Below are positions 25,001-32,000 of a DNA stretch of 32,000 nt, piece after piece (the first letter of the stretch is position 1; each line of letters starts with the position of its first letter). The notes under the pieces were generated by a model. The model was given only the letters and a program-made list of their open reading frames with translations, had not been told where the DNA came from and made no database searches. The stretch spans positions 30,001 to 62,000 of the forward strand of contig NC_009776.1 of NCBI RefSeq assembly GCF_000017945.1. Direction: 5' to 3'. Both the position numbers and the translations under genes were made by a program. Origin of the DNA: Ignicoccus hospitalis KIN4/I (GTDB lineage: Archaea; Thermoproteota; Thermoprotei_A; Sulfolobales; Ignicoccaceae).

Positions 25001-25720
25001 GTGACCCTGAACAAGGGCGACATAGTTGTCTTAGATTACACCTTAAGACTGGCTGATACAGGAGAAGTAATTACTACTACCTCCGAAGAAGAGGCCAAGA
25101 AGGCCGGCATCTACAAGGAGGGCGAGAAGTATGAGCCAGTAATAGTGGTTGTCGGCGAGGGGAGCTTACTCCCCGGGCTAGAGGAAGCAGTCGTCGAGAT
25201 GAAGGAAGGCGAAGAGAAGGAAATAGAAATACCGCCTTCCAAGGCGTACGGCGAGAGGGACCCGGCGAAAGTTAAGGTATACAGCTTGAGGGAGTTTAAG
25301 AAGGCCGGCGTGAAGAACGTTTACCCTGGCATGGTTGTTAGAATAGGCAACGAGTTGGGCATAGTTAGGAGCGTCGACGGGGGGAGGGTTAGAGTAGACT
25401 TCAACAACCCCTATGCCGGGAAGACCATCAAAGCCCGGGTTAAGGTAATAAAGATAGTCAAAGAGCCCAAGGACAAAGTAGAGTACTTGATCAAGAGAAG
25501 GTTGCCCGAGGCCGAGATGAAATACGAGGATGGGGCAGTCACGATAACATTGCCCCTCAAGTATATATTGGCTGACAACATCCAAGCGGTGAAGGTAGTG
25601 TTGGCCGACGAGATATTCAAGTGGGTACCAGAGGTCAAGGAAGTGAAGTTCGTAGAACCGATAAAGAGGCCCGAAGGGGAGCCCGAAGGGGAGCAAGAGT
25701 CAGAGGGGACACAAAGCTAA
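25001..25720 (+). CDS. FKBP-type peptidyl-prolyl cis-trans isomerase, long archaeal type with IF insert and C-terminal domain
   Basis: GDIVVLDYTLRL, LLPGLEEAVVEMKEGEEKEIEIPPSKAYGERD and VDFNNPYAGKT are present. GTG start with SD-like GGTGGAAGGGA. Confidence 0.88.
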   Translation: MTLNKGDIVVLDYTLRLADTGEVITTTSEEEAKKAGIYKEGEKYEPVIVVVGEGSLLPGLEEAVVEMKEGEEKEIEIPPSKAYGERDPAKVKVYSLREFKKAGVKNVYPGMVVRIGNELGIVRSVDGGRVRVDFNNPYAGKTIKARVKVIKIVKEPKDKVEYLIKRRLPEAEMKYEDGAVTITLPLKYILADNIQAVKVVLADEIFKWVPEVKEVKFVEPIKRPEGEPEGEQESEGTQS

Positions 25721-25750
25721 GACTAGGATCGATCCACGCGTTTTTGTAAT

Positions 25751-26287
25751 TTAAAAACTTCTCCTCGGTGTCTCCACTCGTATTTCTACCGGGGCGCCTA
25801 GTATCTCTTCCAGAATCTTCTCCACTTGTTCCTTAGGTATCGCCAGCCTCCTCAGAGGGCCTCTAACGTTAACGACGTACTTCTGCGTCCCGTCGGGTAG
25901 CCACATAATGTTTATTCCCTTTACTGTCAGGGGGATCAACAGTTGGGAGACTAACTGCCTCGGGTCCTCCTCGCTCTTTAACAACACCCTTATTCGGTAG
26001 TCGCGGCCTAACTCCTTGACCAGCGCTTGTCGGATCTTCTTAGCGAGTTCGTTGGAGGCTTTGTCAACTTTTATCACTACGATCAATGTATTGTCAACTT
26101 GGTAGGTTTTCTCGTACGTCGCGTTTCTCAGTTCCTTTATTTCGTTTTCTAAATTCAGTAGCACCCTCATTATGTCTACTTCTATGGGTTTTACTATCCC
26201 TTCATCCACCTTTCTCTGACAGCTCGGACAGAGGACTCCGGTCTTGACGCAGATTACATCCAAAGGTATCCTCACTATCGTCATCAC
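25751..26287 (-). CDS. hypothetical protein with an N-terminal Cys knuckle (CVKTGVLCPSC) and an alpha/beta C-terminal part
   Basis: 178-aa ORF. An AT-rich promoter-like stretch (26320-26345) lies upstream. Confidence 0.5.
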   Translation of the reverse strand: MMTIVRIPLDVICVKTGVLCPSCQRKVDEGIVKPIEVDIMRVLLNLENEIKELRNATYEKTYQVDNTLIVVIKVDKASNELAKKIRQALVKELGRDYRIRVLLKSEEDPRQLVSQLLIPLTVKGINIMWLPDGTQKYVVNVRGPLRRLAIPKEQVEKILEEILGAPVEIRVETPRRSF

Positions 26288-26400
26288 CTCGTCATTTTCT
26301 TCGAGTGGCGCTGGCGCGTGACGGAATAAAAGGATTTTATTTTGAGCGGCGACACCTGCGGCCTTGTAGTTATTATGACCGGCGAGGAAGGGTAAGTGGT

Positions 26401-26413
26401 AAATTAATAATCC
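26401..26413 (+). promoter_or_regulatory. TATA-like box AAATTAATAATCC upstream of tRNA-Cys
   Basis: It ends 25 nt before the mature tRNA 5' end (26438). Confidence 0.5.
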
Positions 26414-26437
26414 CTACATGCTTTCCAGACTGATGGA

Positions 26438-26542
26438 GCCGGGGTGCCCGAGCGGCCTAAGGGGTCGGGCTGCAGTGGAGCGTTGGCCACCGCCCGTTGG
26501 ATACCCGATCTCTCCCGGGTTCGAATCCCGGCCCCGGCTCCA
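26438..26542 (+). tRNA. tRNA-Cys(GCA) with a 27-nt intron (26476-26502) after position 37; CCA encoded
   Basis: Acceptor GCCGGGG/CCCCGGC with U73 discriminator and T arm CCGGG-UUCGAAU-CCCGG. The anticodon stem UCGGG/CCCGA gives the spliced loop CUGCAGA, the same loop and acceptor I recall for archaeal tRNA-Cys. Confidence 0.82.
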
Positions 26543-26584
26543 CCTACCATCACGCTTCTCGTCCCGCAACGACGGTGATCAGAG

Positions 26585-27256
26585 TTGAGAATTCTGGTGG
26601 TCAGTGACGTTCACTGTGAGGAAAAGGACAACGTGAGGAAGTACCTCGAGGCCTACAACAAGAGCTCCCCAGACGTAGTCTTGGGCGCCGGAGACTGGGG
26701 GGACTGTGAGGACTACAGCTTCCTTGAAGGACAAGAGGTAATCACAGTCTACGGGAACCACGATAAGGTCTACGAATTAAAGAAATATGCGAAAGTCTTG
26801 GACGGCGACGTGGTAGAGCTGGGCGGCCTCAAGATCGGTGGCGTCAGCGGGATAGTCAGCCCCAAGGGCACCCCTTCGAAGTCTAATACCCCTAGGAAGA
26901 GGCCAGAAGAGTTCGTCAAAGTAGCGGAGAGGATAAAGGGAGTCGACCTAATGGTGATGCACGAAGCGCCTTACATGCCTATGGTCTTCGGAAAGATGTG
27001 GAGGTCTGTGGGCCCCCTAACCGCCCTCACGGCGGTCCAAGAGGTCAAACCTAAGGTACTCGTAGTGGGTCACCTACACAAGGCTCCGTCCCTACACGCT
27101 AAGGTAGATCGATGCCACGTCTTCCACGTGGATACGAGCAGCGGAGGCTACGTAATACTTGACACTGACACTATGGTAGCTGAGGGCTTTGTCAACAATA
27201 TAAGGACGTTCAAAGTGAAGATGGAGGAACTCTTGAAACAAGACGCCATCATTTAA
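26585..27256 (+). CDS. calcineurin-like metallophosphoesterase
   Basis: Motifs VVSDVHC, GAGDWGD, YGNHD, VMHEAP and VVGHLH are present. TTG start. Confidence 0.82.
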   Translation: MRILVVSDVHCEEKDNVRKYLEAYNKSSPDVVLGAGDWGDCEDYSFLEGQEVITVYGNHDKVYELKKYAKVLDGDVVELGGLKIGGVSGIVSPKGTPSKSNTPRKRPEEFVKVAERIKGVDLMVMHEAPYMPMVFGKMWRSVGPLTALTAVQEVKPKVLVVGHLHKAPSLHAKVDRCHVFHVDTSSGGYVILDTDTMVAEGFVNNIRTFKVKMEELLKQDAII

Positions 27257-27313
27257 AAATCGGGCCGTTAAAGAGTATGTGGAACAGAATCGATTTGGTA
27301 TGAGGGAGGGATT

Positions 27314-28639
27314 ATGGTAAAATATATCATCAAAGCCCTCGTAGAGGTTGACGGTCCCGTTGACGAGCACGACATCATAGGTGCCATATTCGGGCAGACC
27401 GAAGGCCTCCTGGACGATTTCGACTTAAGGGAGTTGCAAGAGAAGGGCCGTATCGGCCGTATACTCGTTAAGCTGCAGAGGAGGGGGAACAAGGCGGTAG
27501 GCGAGATTTACGTGCCCTCCAACTTGGACCGGGTGGAGACGGCCCTCGTCGCAGCGATGCTGGAGTCAGTCGACAAGGTCGGGCCCTATCCTGCCCGCAT
27601 AAGCGTGGTTGAGATAATAGACGTGCGCGCCGAGAAGATAAAGAAGATAATAGAGAGGGCTAAAGAAATATTGAAGAAGTGGAGTCAAGAGAAGAGTGTC
27701 GACATAAGGGAAATATTGAAAGAGATAAGCGAGACCACGAAAAAGTCCCAACTGATAGAGTACGGCCCCGAGAAACTCCCGGCCGGCCCGGGCGTGGAGC
27801 GCTCGGACACGATAATCATAGTCGAGGGGAGGGCGGACGTGTTGAACTTGTTGAGGTACGGCTACGATAACGTGATCGCCTTGGGAGGGGCAACCACTAA
27901 GGTGCCCGAAACGATAAAGAAATTAGCTAAGGAGAAGATAGCGATAGCCTTCGTGGACGGCGACAGAGGGGGGTTGATGGTACTGAAGAACTTGCTCTCC
28001 CAAGCAGACATAGACTACGTGGCCAGAGCGCCCCCGGGCAAGGAAGTGGAGGACTTGACCGCTAGAGAGATCGCCAAGTCGCTTAGCAACTTAATACCGG
28101 CAAGCAAGATGAAAGAGGAGTTATTGAAGGTAGAGAAGTTACAGAAGGAGGAGGTCAAGGAGGTAGCAGAGAAAGCAGAAAAGGTTGAGGCCGAAGAGGT
28201 CGTGAAGAAAGAGGAAGTAGCCGAAAGGGGTGAGGAGATGGAGAGTAAGGCCGAGGGCGCCGAACAGCCTACGGCGACGGCGCTCGAGAAGGCGGCCGCT
28301 AAGGAAGAAGTAAAGCAAGAGGTCAAGACCGAGGAAGAGAAGGTCAAGGAATACGTAATGTTCATCCCCGACAGCGTGTTCGAGAAGGCTAAAGAAATCA
28401 CGGGGACCTTGAGGTCCGTCCTCTACGACTCCCAGTGGAACATCGTCGCCGAGGTGCCCGCGAAGGACGTGGTCAGCGCCATAGAGGAGAAGGGCGCGTA
28501 CGCCGTGCTTCACGACGGAGTCATAACTCAGAGGATGTTGGACGTGATGAGCTTGAAGGGAGGCCGATTGATACTGGGGAGGAGGGTAGCTAGGGTCAGC
28601 AAGAGGCCTAAGGGCGTGTTCGTAGTCCTCTTGAGTTAA
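27314..28639 (+). CDS. dnaG: archaeal DnaG (TOPRIM primase-like, exosome-associated) with a Glu/Lys-rich insert
   Basis: The conserved N-terminus is KALVEVDGPVDEHDIIGAIFGQTEGLL. TOPRIM residues are IIIVEGRADVLNL and FVDGDRGG. SD-like GAGGGAGGG precedes the ATG. Confidence 0.9.
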   Translation: MVKYIIKALVEVDGPVDEHDIIGAIFGQTEGLLDDFDLRELQEKGRIGRILVKLQRRGNKAVGEIYVPSNLDRVETALVAAMLESVDKVGPYPARISVVEIIDVRAEKIKKIIERAKEILKKWSQEKSVDIREILKEISETTKKSQLIEYGPEKLPAGPGVERSDTIIIVEGRADVLNLLRYGYDNVIALGGATTKVPETIKKLAKEKIAIAFVDGDRGGLMVLKNLLSQADIDYVARAPPGKEVEDLTAREIAKSLSNLIPASKMKEELLKVEKLQKEEVKEVAEKAEKVEAEEVVKKEEVAERGEEMESKAEGAEQPTATALEKAAAKEEVKQEVKTEEEKVKEYVMFIPDSVFEKAKEITGTLRSVLYDSQWNIVAEVPAKDVVSAIEEKGAYAVLHDGVITQRMLDVMSLKGGRLILGRRVARVSKRPKGVFVVLLS

Positions 28640-28649
28640 TCTCTCCTTA

Positions 28650-31010
28650 TTACTTGTTTATGAACTTCCAAAGGCCGTCTTTCCTCCCCTTGAGCCTAGC
28701 CTCAGTGATCCCGAAGTATCCCAATATCCTCATGGCTGCCGGTATGACTTGATGGTCTATGTAATAGTTGTAGTCGATCATTTCTTTCTGGACCAAGAAC
28801 CAAGGCCACGCCCTGCTCGACAGCTTCCCTACGCCCTTCACTATCACGTAGCCTACCTTGTCCCCTTTCTTTACTTCGTACCCTCTTTCTATGGCCCTCT
28901 TCGCAGCCGCTACGTGCGGCGGCTCAGACTTATACTCGTCTAAGGATTTCTCTAACGTCTTCCAAATGACTAACTTCTCTATAGGTACCTCGCCTCTCCT
29001 GAGTTTTTCTATTATTGAATTGACGTACTCCACCGCCTTATTCACGTCACCTTCTTTAAGAACTATTTCAATAATTTTTTCTTGGACCTCCTTGGCGACC
29101 TCCGCCCAGTCGCCTCTGACGGCCTCGAACCCTACTACGTCTATCCGGCCGTCCTCTAAGATGCCGGCGTACCTCTTTTTCGCTTCCGTGAAGAAGAGCT
29201 TTTTGTATATTTTATCTATCTTTATTTCAAAGCCCAGCTCTTTTTCTATTCTTTCGATTAACTTCTCTACTTTTTCTTTATCATATATTACGAACAAGCT
29301 GTCCGTGTCCCCGTAAATTACCTTAAGTCCGAGTTCCCGGGCCATTTGGATCGCCTTCAAGATCAACTCTCTCCCCCACGACGTTACTGCCTCTGCGCAC
29401 TCCCTACAGTACCACCGGGCGTGGGGCCACCCCATGTAGCCGTAGTGAGCGTTGGCGAGCACCTTCACTGCCTTTTGCCTATTGTCTAATAGCTTGTACA
29501 AGGGGTCTTCGGGGCTTAACGACTTCATTCTTTCCTTAATTTCCTTCCTTAAGTTTAGCAAGGTTACTAATGACCTTTTGAAGAACGCGTCGGGCCTCTT
29601 TTTGAACATGTAACCGGCCGGCGAGACGTATACCTCGTCGGGCGACACCTTCTCGCCGGGCCTCACTAAGGTGTCAGGGCCGACGTTGTACTTTATCATT
29701 ATGTTTGGATACATCGACGAGAAGTCCAAAACGGCGACGTTCTCGTGTACCCCTTTTAGCGGGCGCAGCACTATGGCCCCCTTGTAACTGGCCACCTTCC
29801 TCTCTACCCTATTCGGCACGAGCTCGTTAGTGACGAAGGCAACTCTCATCAAGTACCACTCAACCCTATAGCCGACGGACGCCGCCATGACTTGGTCTAA
29901 CGGAAGGCCGGTTAGGTAGCTCAGCTGTTCTCCGAAAGGAATGAAGAGCTCGGCCAGCATCAGCGTGCTGAGGGCGTCAGCTTCGTTGTACTTCCTCAAG
30001 ACGTCCCTCTTTTGAGGGTCCTCCCAGTACTGGTATATTAGGTGGTGAGGGATCAACGGCCTTTCGTCCTTTTTCATGACGTTGAAGTAATCTGCGACGT
30101 TCTCCAAGGTCTTCACCTTAACTTCGTACACCTCTTTAGCAAAGTCGTAGACGTCCACGTTAAGGCGCCCCGGAACGGAGACGTGGCCGTAGGCGCCGGT
30201 AGTGGGGATTACGCCGACCTTCCGTCCCACGTCTAGGCGTACGCCGACGACCTTGCTCCTCTCTATCAAGTACGGCCAGTCGAAGCTGTTGCTGTTGTAC
30301 CCAACGACGACGTCTGGGTCTCGTTCGAGCATCTCCTTTTTGAACCAAACGATCAAGTCCTTATCGTTCTTATCTTGGGAGAGCTTAGAGACTACGGAGC
30401 CTTCGGAGGCCAATGCAATAGAAATTATTGGGTCCCTCTCCGGTCGGGGGGTTCCCGACTTGTTATATACCTCTATGTCGAAGGCTAAGGTCTTCAACTT
30501 CGGTTTGACATCTATGTTCAGTGCCTCGGGTCCGTTCAAGACCTCGTAGACCGTTTCTACTCGGTAGCTCTTCTCGGGGCCAAGCTCTTTTACCTCGAAC
30601 TCCGCCCAGCCACAAGGCCTTAAGCCGGTATCTATTATGTACCTCATCGAAAACCTTATGTCTGCCTCCAGTACGTCTGCGACTTCCTCCAACCTCTTGA
30701 CCTCTTCTCTGTACTCTCTAACGCTCTCGGGGATTACGGTAGTCACTTTAATTACAGTCTTTTCCCTACCAATGAGCTTTTTCTTAAGTACCTCGAGGGA
30801 AATTATGGGAGACTTGGGCTTACTCAAGAGGGATAATTTCCTCTTAAGCCTTTCCAAGTCTGCGTTCTCTTTTAGGAGCACATAAAAGTAGGGTCTAAAC
30901 CTCTTGTCTTTGAGTAGGACTCTCCTTTCGTTCTCGTCGAGCGCCCAAATTAGTATTACTGGTTTGTTGCCTTCCAGTTCGTAGCTCACGTCGAGTACGT
31001 AGAACTTCAA
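28650..31010 (-). CDS. polB: family B DNA polymerase (short, euryarchaeal-like / PolB3-type architecture)
   Basis: Exo I FDIEV, Exo II YNSNSFDWPYL and Exo III YNEADA. Pol A DFSSMYPNIM, Pol B KVLANAHYGYMG and Pol C YGDTDSLF are all intact. Confidence 0.95.
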   Translation of the reverse strand: MKFYVLDVSYELEGNKPVILIWALDENERRVLLKDKRFRPYFYVLLKENADLERLKRKLSLLSKPKSPIISLEVLKKKLIGREKTVIKVTTVIPESVREYREEVKRLEEVADVLEADIRFSMRYIIDTGLRPCGWAEFEVKELGPEKSYRVETVYEVLNGPEALNIDVKPKLKTLAFDIEVYNKSGTPRPERDPIISIALASEGSVVSKLSQDKNDKDLIVWFKKEMLERDPDVVVGYNSNSFDWPYLIERSKVVGVRLDVGRKVGVIPTTGAYGHVSVPGRLNVDVYDFAKEVYEVKVKTLENVADYFNVMKKDERPLIPHHLIYQYWEDPQKRDVLRKYNEADALSTLMLAELFIPFGEQLSYLTGLPLDQVMAASVGYRVEWYLMRVAFVTNELVPNRVERKVASYKGAIVLRPLKGVHENVAVLDFSSMYPNIMIKYNVGPDTLVRPGEKVSPDEVYVSPAGYMFKKRPDAFFKRSLVTLLNLRKEIKERMKSLSPEDPLYKLLDNRQKAVKVLANAHYGYMGWPHARWYCRECAEAVTSWGRELILKAIQMARELGLKVIYGDTDSLFVIYDKEKVEKLIERIEKELGFEIKIDKIYKKLFFTEAKKRYAGILEDGRIDVVGFEAVRGDWAEVAKEVQEKIIEIVLKEGDVNKAVEYVNSIIEKLRRGEVPIEKLVIWKTLEKSLDEYKSEPPHVAAAKRAIERGYEVKKGDKVGYVIVKGVGKLSSRAWPWFLVQKEMIDYNYYIDHQVIPAAMRILGYFGITEARLKGRKDGLWKFINK

Positions 31011-31049
31011 AGTCCTTCCTACCGTTCGCCTTCAACGCCTTCGAGAAAT

Positions 31050-31421
31050 TTAGGTGGTGCTGGAGTTGGCGGCGGGCGGGAAGGGCGGCCACGAGGATAT
31101 CGGCACGCTCACTTGGCTCGGCGTGCTTACTGTTATGCTGAGGGGCAGCTGGGGCAAGCTGACGCTGGGGGGCGAGGGGAGGCTGGTTGGAACAAAGCCG
31201 TTGCTTATGGTAGCGTTCAAGTAAGTCCTCAGCATCTTTAGGTATTCTATATAAAGTTGTAAGTACAAACTCGTGACTTTGTCGTACTCGCTTATTATTG
31301 CATGTGTTGCCTCCCTGTAGGCGGAGATCATTGATTGGTAGATGAGGAAGTACGCTGCCACGTTAAGTACTATTACGGCCAGCACTATGCCGACGTATAA
31401 TAAGGTCAGATCTATACTCAA
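31050..31421 (-). CDS. small membrane-anchored protein with a Ser/Pro-rich C-terminal tail
   Basis: N-terminal TM LTLLYVGIVLAVIVLNVAAYFLIY, a helical middle and the tail TSLPSPPSVSLPQLPLSITVSTPSQVSVPISSWPPFPP. It lies 39 nt upstream of polB. Confidence 0.45.
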   Translation of the reverse strand: MSIDLTLLYVGIVLAVIVLNVAAYFLIYQSMISAYREATHAIISEYDKVTSLYLQLYIEYLKMLRTYLNATISNGFVPTSLPSPPSVSLPQLPLSITVSTPSQVSVPISSWPPFPPAANSSTT

Positions 31422-31481
31422 AGCGTACTACCCGCGTGCCCGTGAAAACTCTATCTCAAAGAAGTTTTCCCGGGTCTCAGG

Positions 31482-32000
31482 TTGGCGATTCACGCGCGCG
31501 CGATCCGTCTAGGCATTCCGGTGTTCGACGACAGGGTCGGCAACGTCAGCCTAGGCAGCCTCGAGGTTCTCGTGGGAGATAAGGACTCTTACGTGCATTT
31601 GTTTAACTACCTAATAGCCAAGGCGTGGGTTGACAGAGGGGAGAGGGTCGCGTTCGTTATTGACAAGGGCTTCGTGAACGTCCACAGGGTGGTGGCGGAG
31701 AGCTTCGGGATAGACGCGATGGGTCTCGAGGAGTCGAACATGTGGAAGTACGAGGAAGTGGACAACAGCGACGATGCGATGACAAAGGCAATAGAACTCT
31801 TCGCCAACTTCGCGCTCGTGTTGGTGGACGCCACCTCTTGGTTCGACCCGGACCTAACTCTGCTCCACAGGACGATCTCAACCCTCATCAATAGCAACTC
31901 GATAATGGTAATAACTTTGATAGATGAGAGGGTGAAGCCCGAGGCCTTGGGCATCCTCGAGGCTAACGCAGAGTACGTAGTGAGGTTCGAGACTTACTGG
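31482..32000 (+). CDS. RecA/KaiC-superfamily protein with a degenerate Walker A (partial, runs off the window end)
   Basis: Open frame with no stop from 31446 to 32000, missing from the ORF track because it is incomplete. It begins LGIPVFDDRVGNVSLGSLEVLVGDKDSY, then has Walker B-like ALVLVDA. TTG 31482 is the only plausible in-frame start. Confidence 0.55.
   Translation, partial: MAIHARAIRLGIPVFDDRVGNVSLGSLEVLVGDKDSYVHLFNYLIAKAWVDRGERVAFVIDKGFVNVHRVVAESFGIDAMGLEESNMWKYEEVDNSDDAMTKAIELFANFALVLVDATSWFDPDLTLLHRTISTLINSNSIMVITLIDERVKPEALGILEANAEYVVRFETYW

Noticed and set aside
25751-26287. Archaeal NusA-like / KH-domain RNA-binding protein
   Set aside because: My first impression was not supported: no GxxG KH signature is present in either half. 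It is left as hypothetical.
26438-26542. Class II tRNA (Leu/Ser) suggested by the D-arm sequence and 105-nt length
   Set aside because: No long variable arm can be formed. The extra length is explained by an intron after position 37. The anticodon loop CUGCAGA, the GCCGGGG acceptor and U73 fit tRNA-Cys.
31491-31502. Alternating (CG)n tract CACGCGCGCGCG
   Set aside because: It is short, lies inside the likely N-terminal coding region of the RecA-like ORF, and shows no evidence of function.
1-32000. CRISPR arrays, IS elements, integrases, prophage or defence islands
   Set aside because: I noticed no spaced direct repeats, terminal inverted repeats, transposase/integrase-like ORFs or abrupt compositional shift. 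Gene content is overwhelmingly housekeeping.

Overview
Gene-dense, moderately GC-rich chromosomal segment that reads as core genome of a hyperthermophilic crenarchaeon, probably Desulfurococcales-like. That placement is inferred from a Cren7-type chromatin protein, archaeal DnaG, a family-B DNA polymerase, ABCE1, a stand-alone 5S rRNA gene, an intron-containing tRNA, AT-rich TATA-like boxes about 25 nt upstream of starts, and frequent GTG/TTG starts. I can support about 36 protein genes, one 5S rRNA and one tRNA-Cys(GCA) with a 27-nt intron, plus several promoter, terminator and repeat elements. Recognisable housekeeping genes are nrdD, ABCE1, ahcY plus an overlapping PfkB kinase, pyrB-pyrI-pyrK, an Fcf1-like PIN protein, XPD helicase, a CDP-alcohol phosphatidyltransferase, MscS, a LysX-like ATP-grasp ligase, a long FKBP, a metallophosphoesterase, dnaG and polB. 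I saw no CRISPR array, transposase, integrase or recognisable defence genes, so this is not an obvious accessory island. The most interesting items are: (1) a translationally coupled 4-gene cassette (16305-19349) combining a Cys-rich protein, a Pol-beta-type nucleotidyltransferase with an OB-like tail, a CitG/MdcB-family enzyme and a PUA-SAM methyltransferase, with no citrate lyase or malonate decarboxylase context; (2) a CcmC-type heme-handling protein carrying a C-terminal extra TM plus a CcmE-like beta domain (apparent CcmC-CcmE fusion); (3) an unannotated 55-aa Cren7 homologue whose N-terminus is replaced by a CPxC...CPxxH zinc-knuckle pair; (4) an internally deleted 5S-rRNA-derived fragment in a 350-nt non-coding gap downstream of pyrK, and a direct repeat bracketing the real 5S gene. 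All calls come from motif recognition by eye. No database search or folding program was available.
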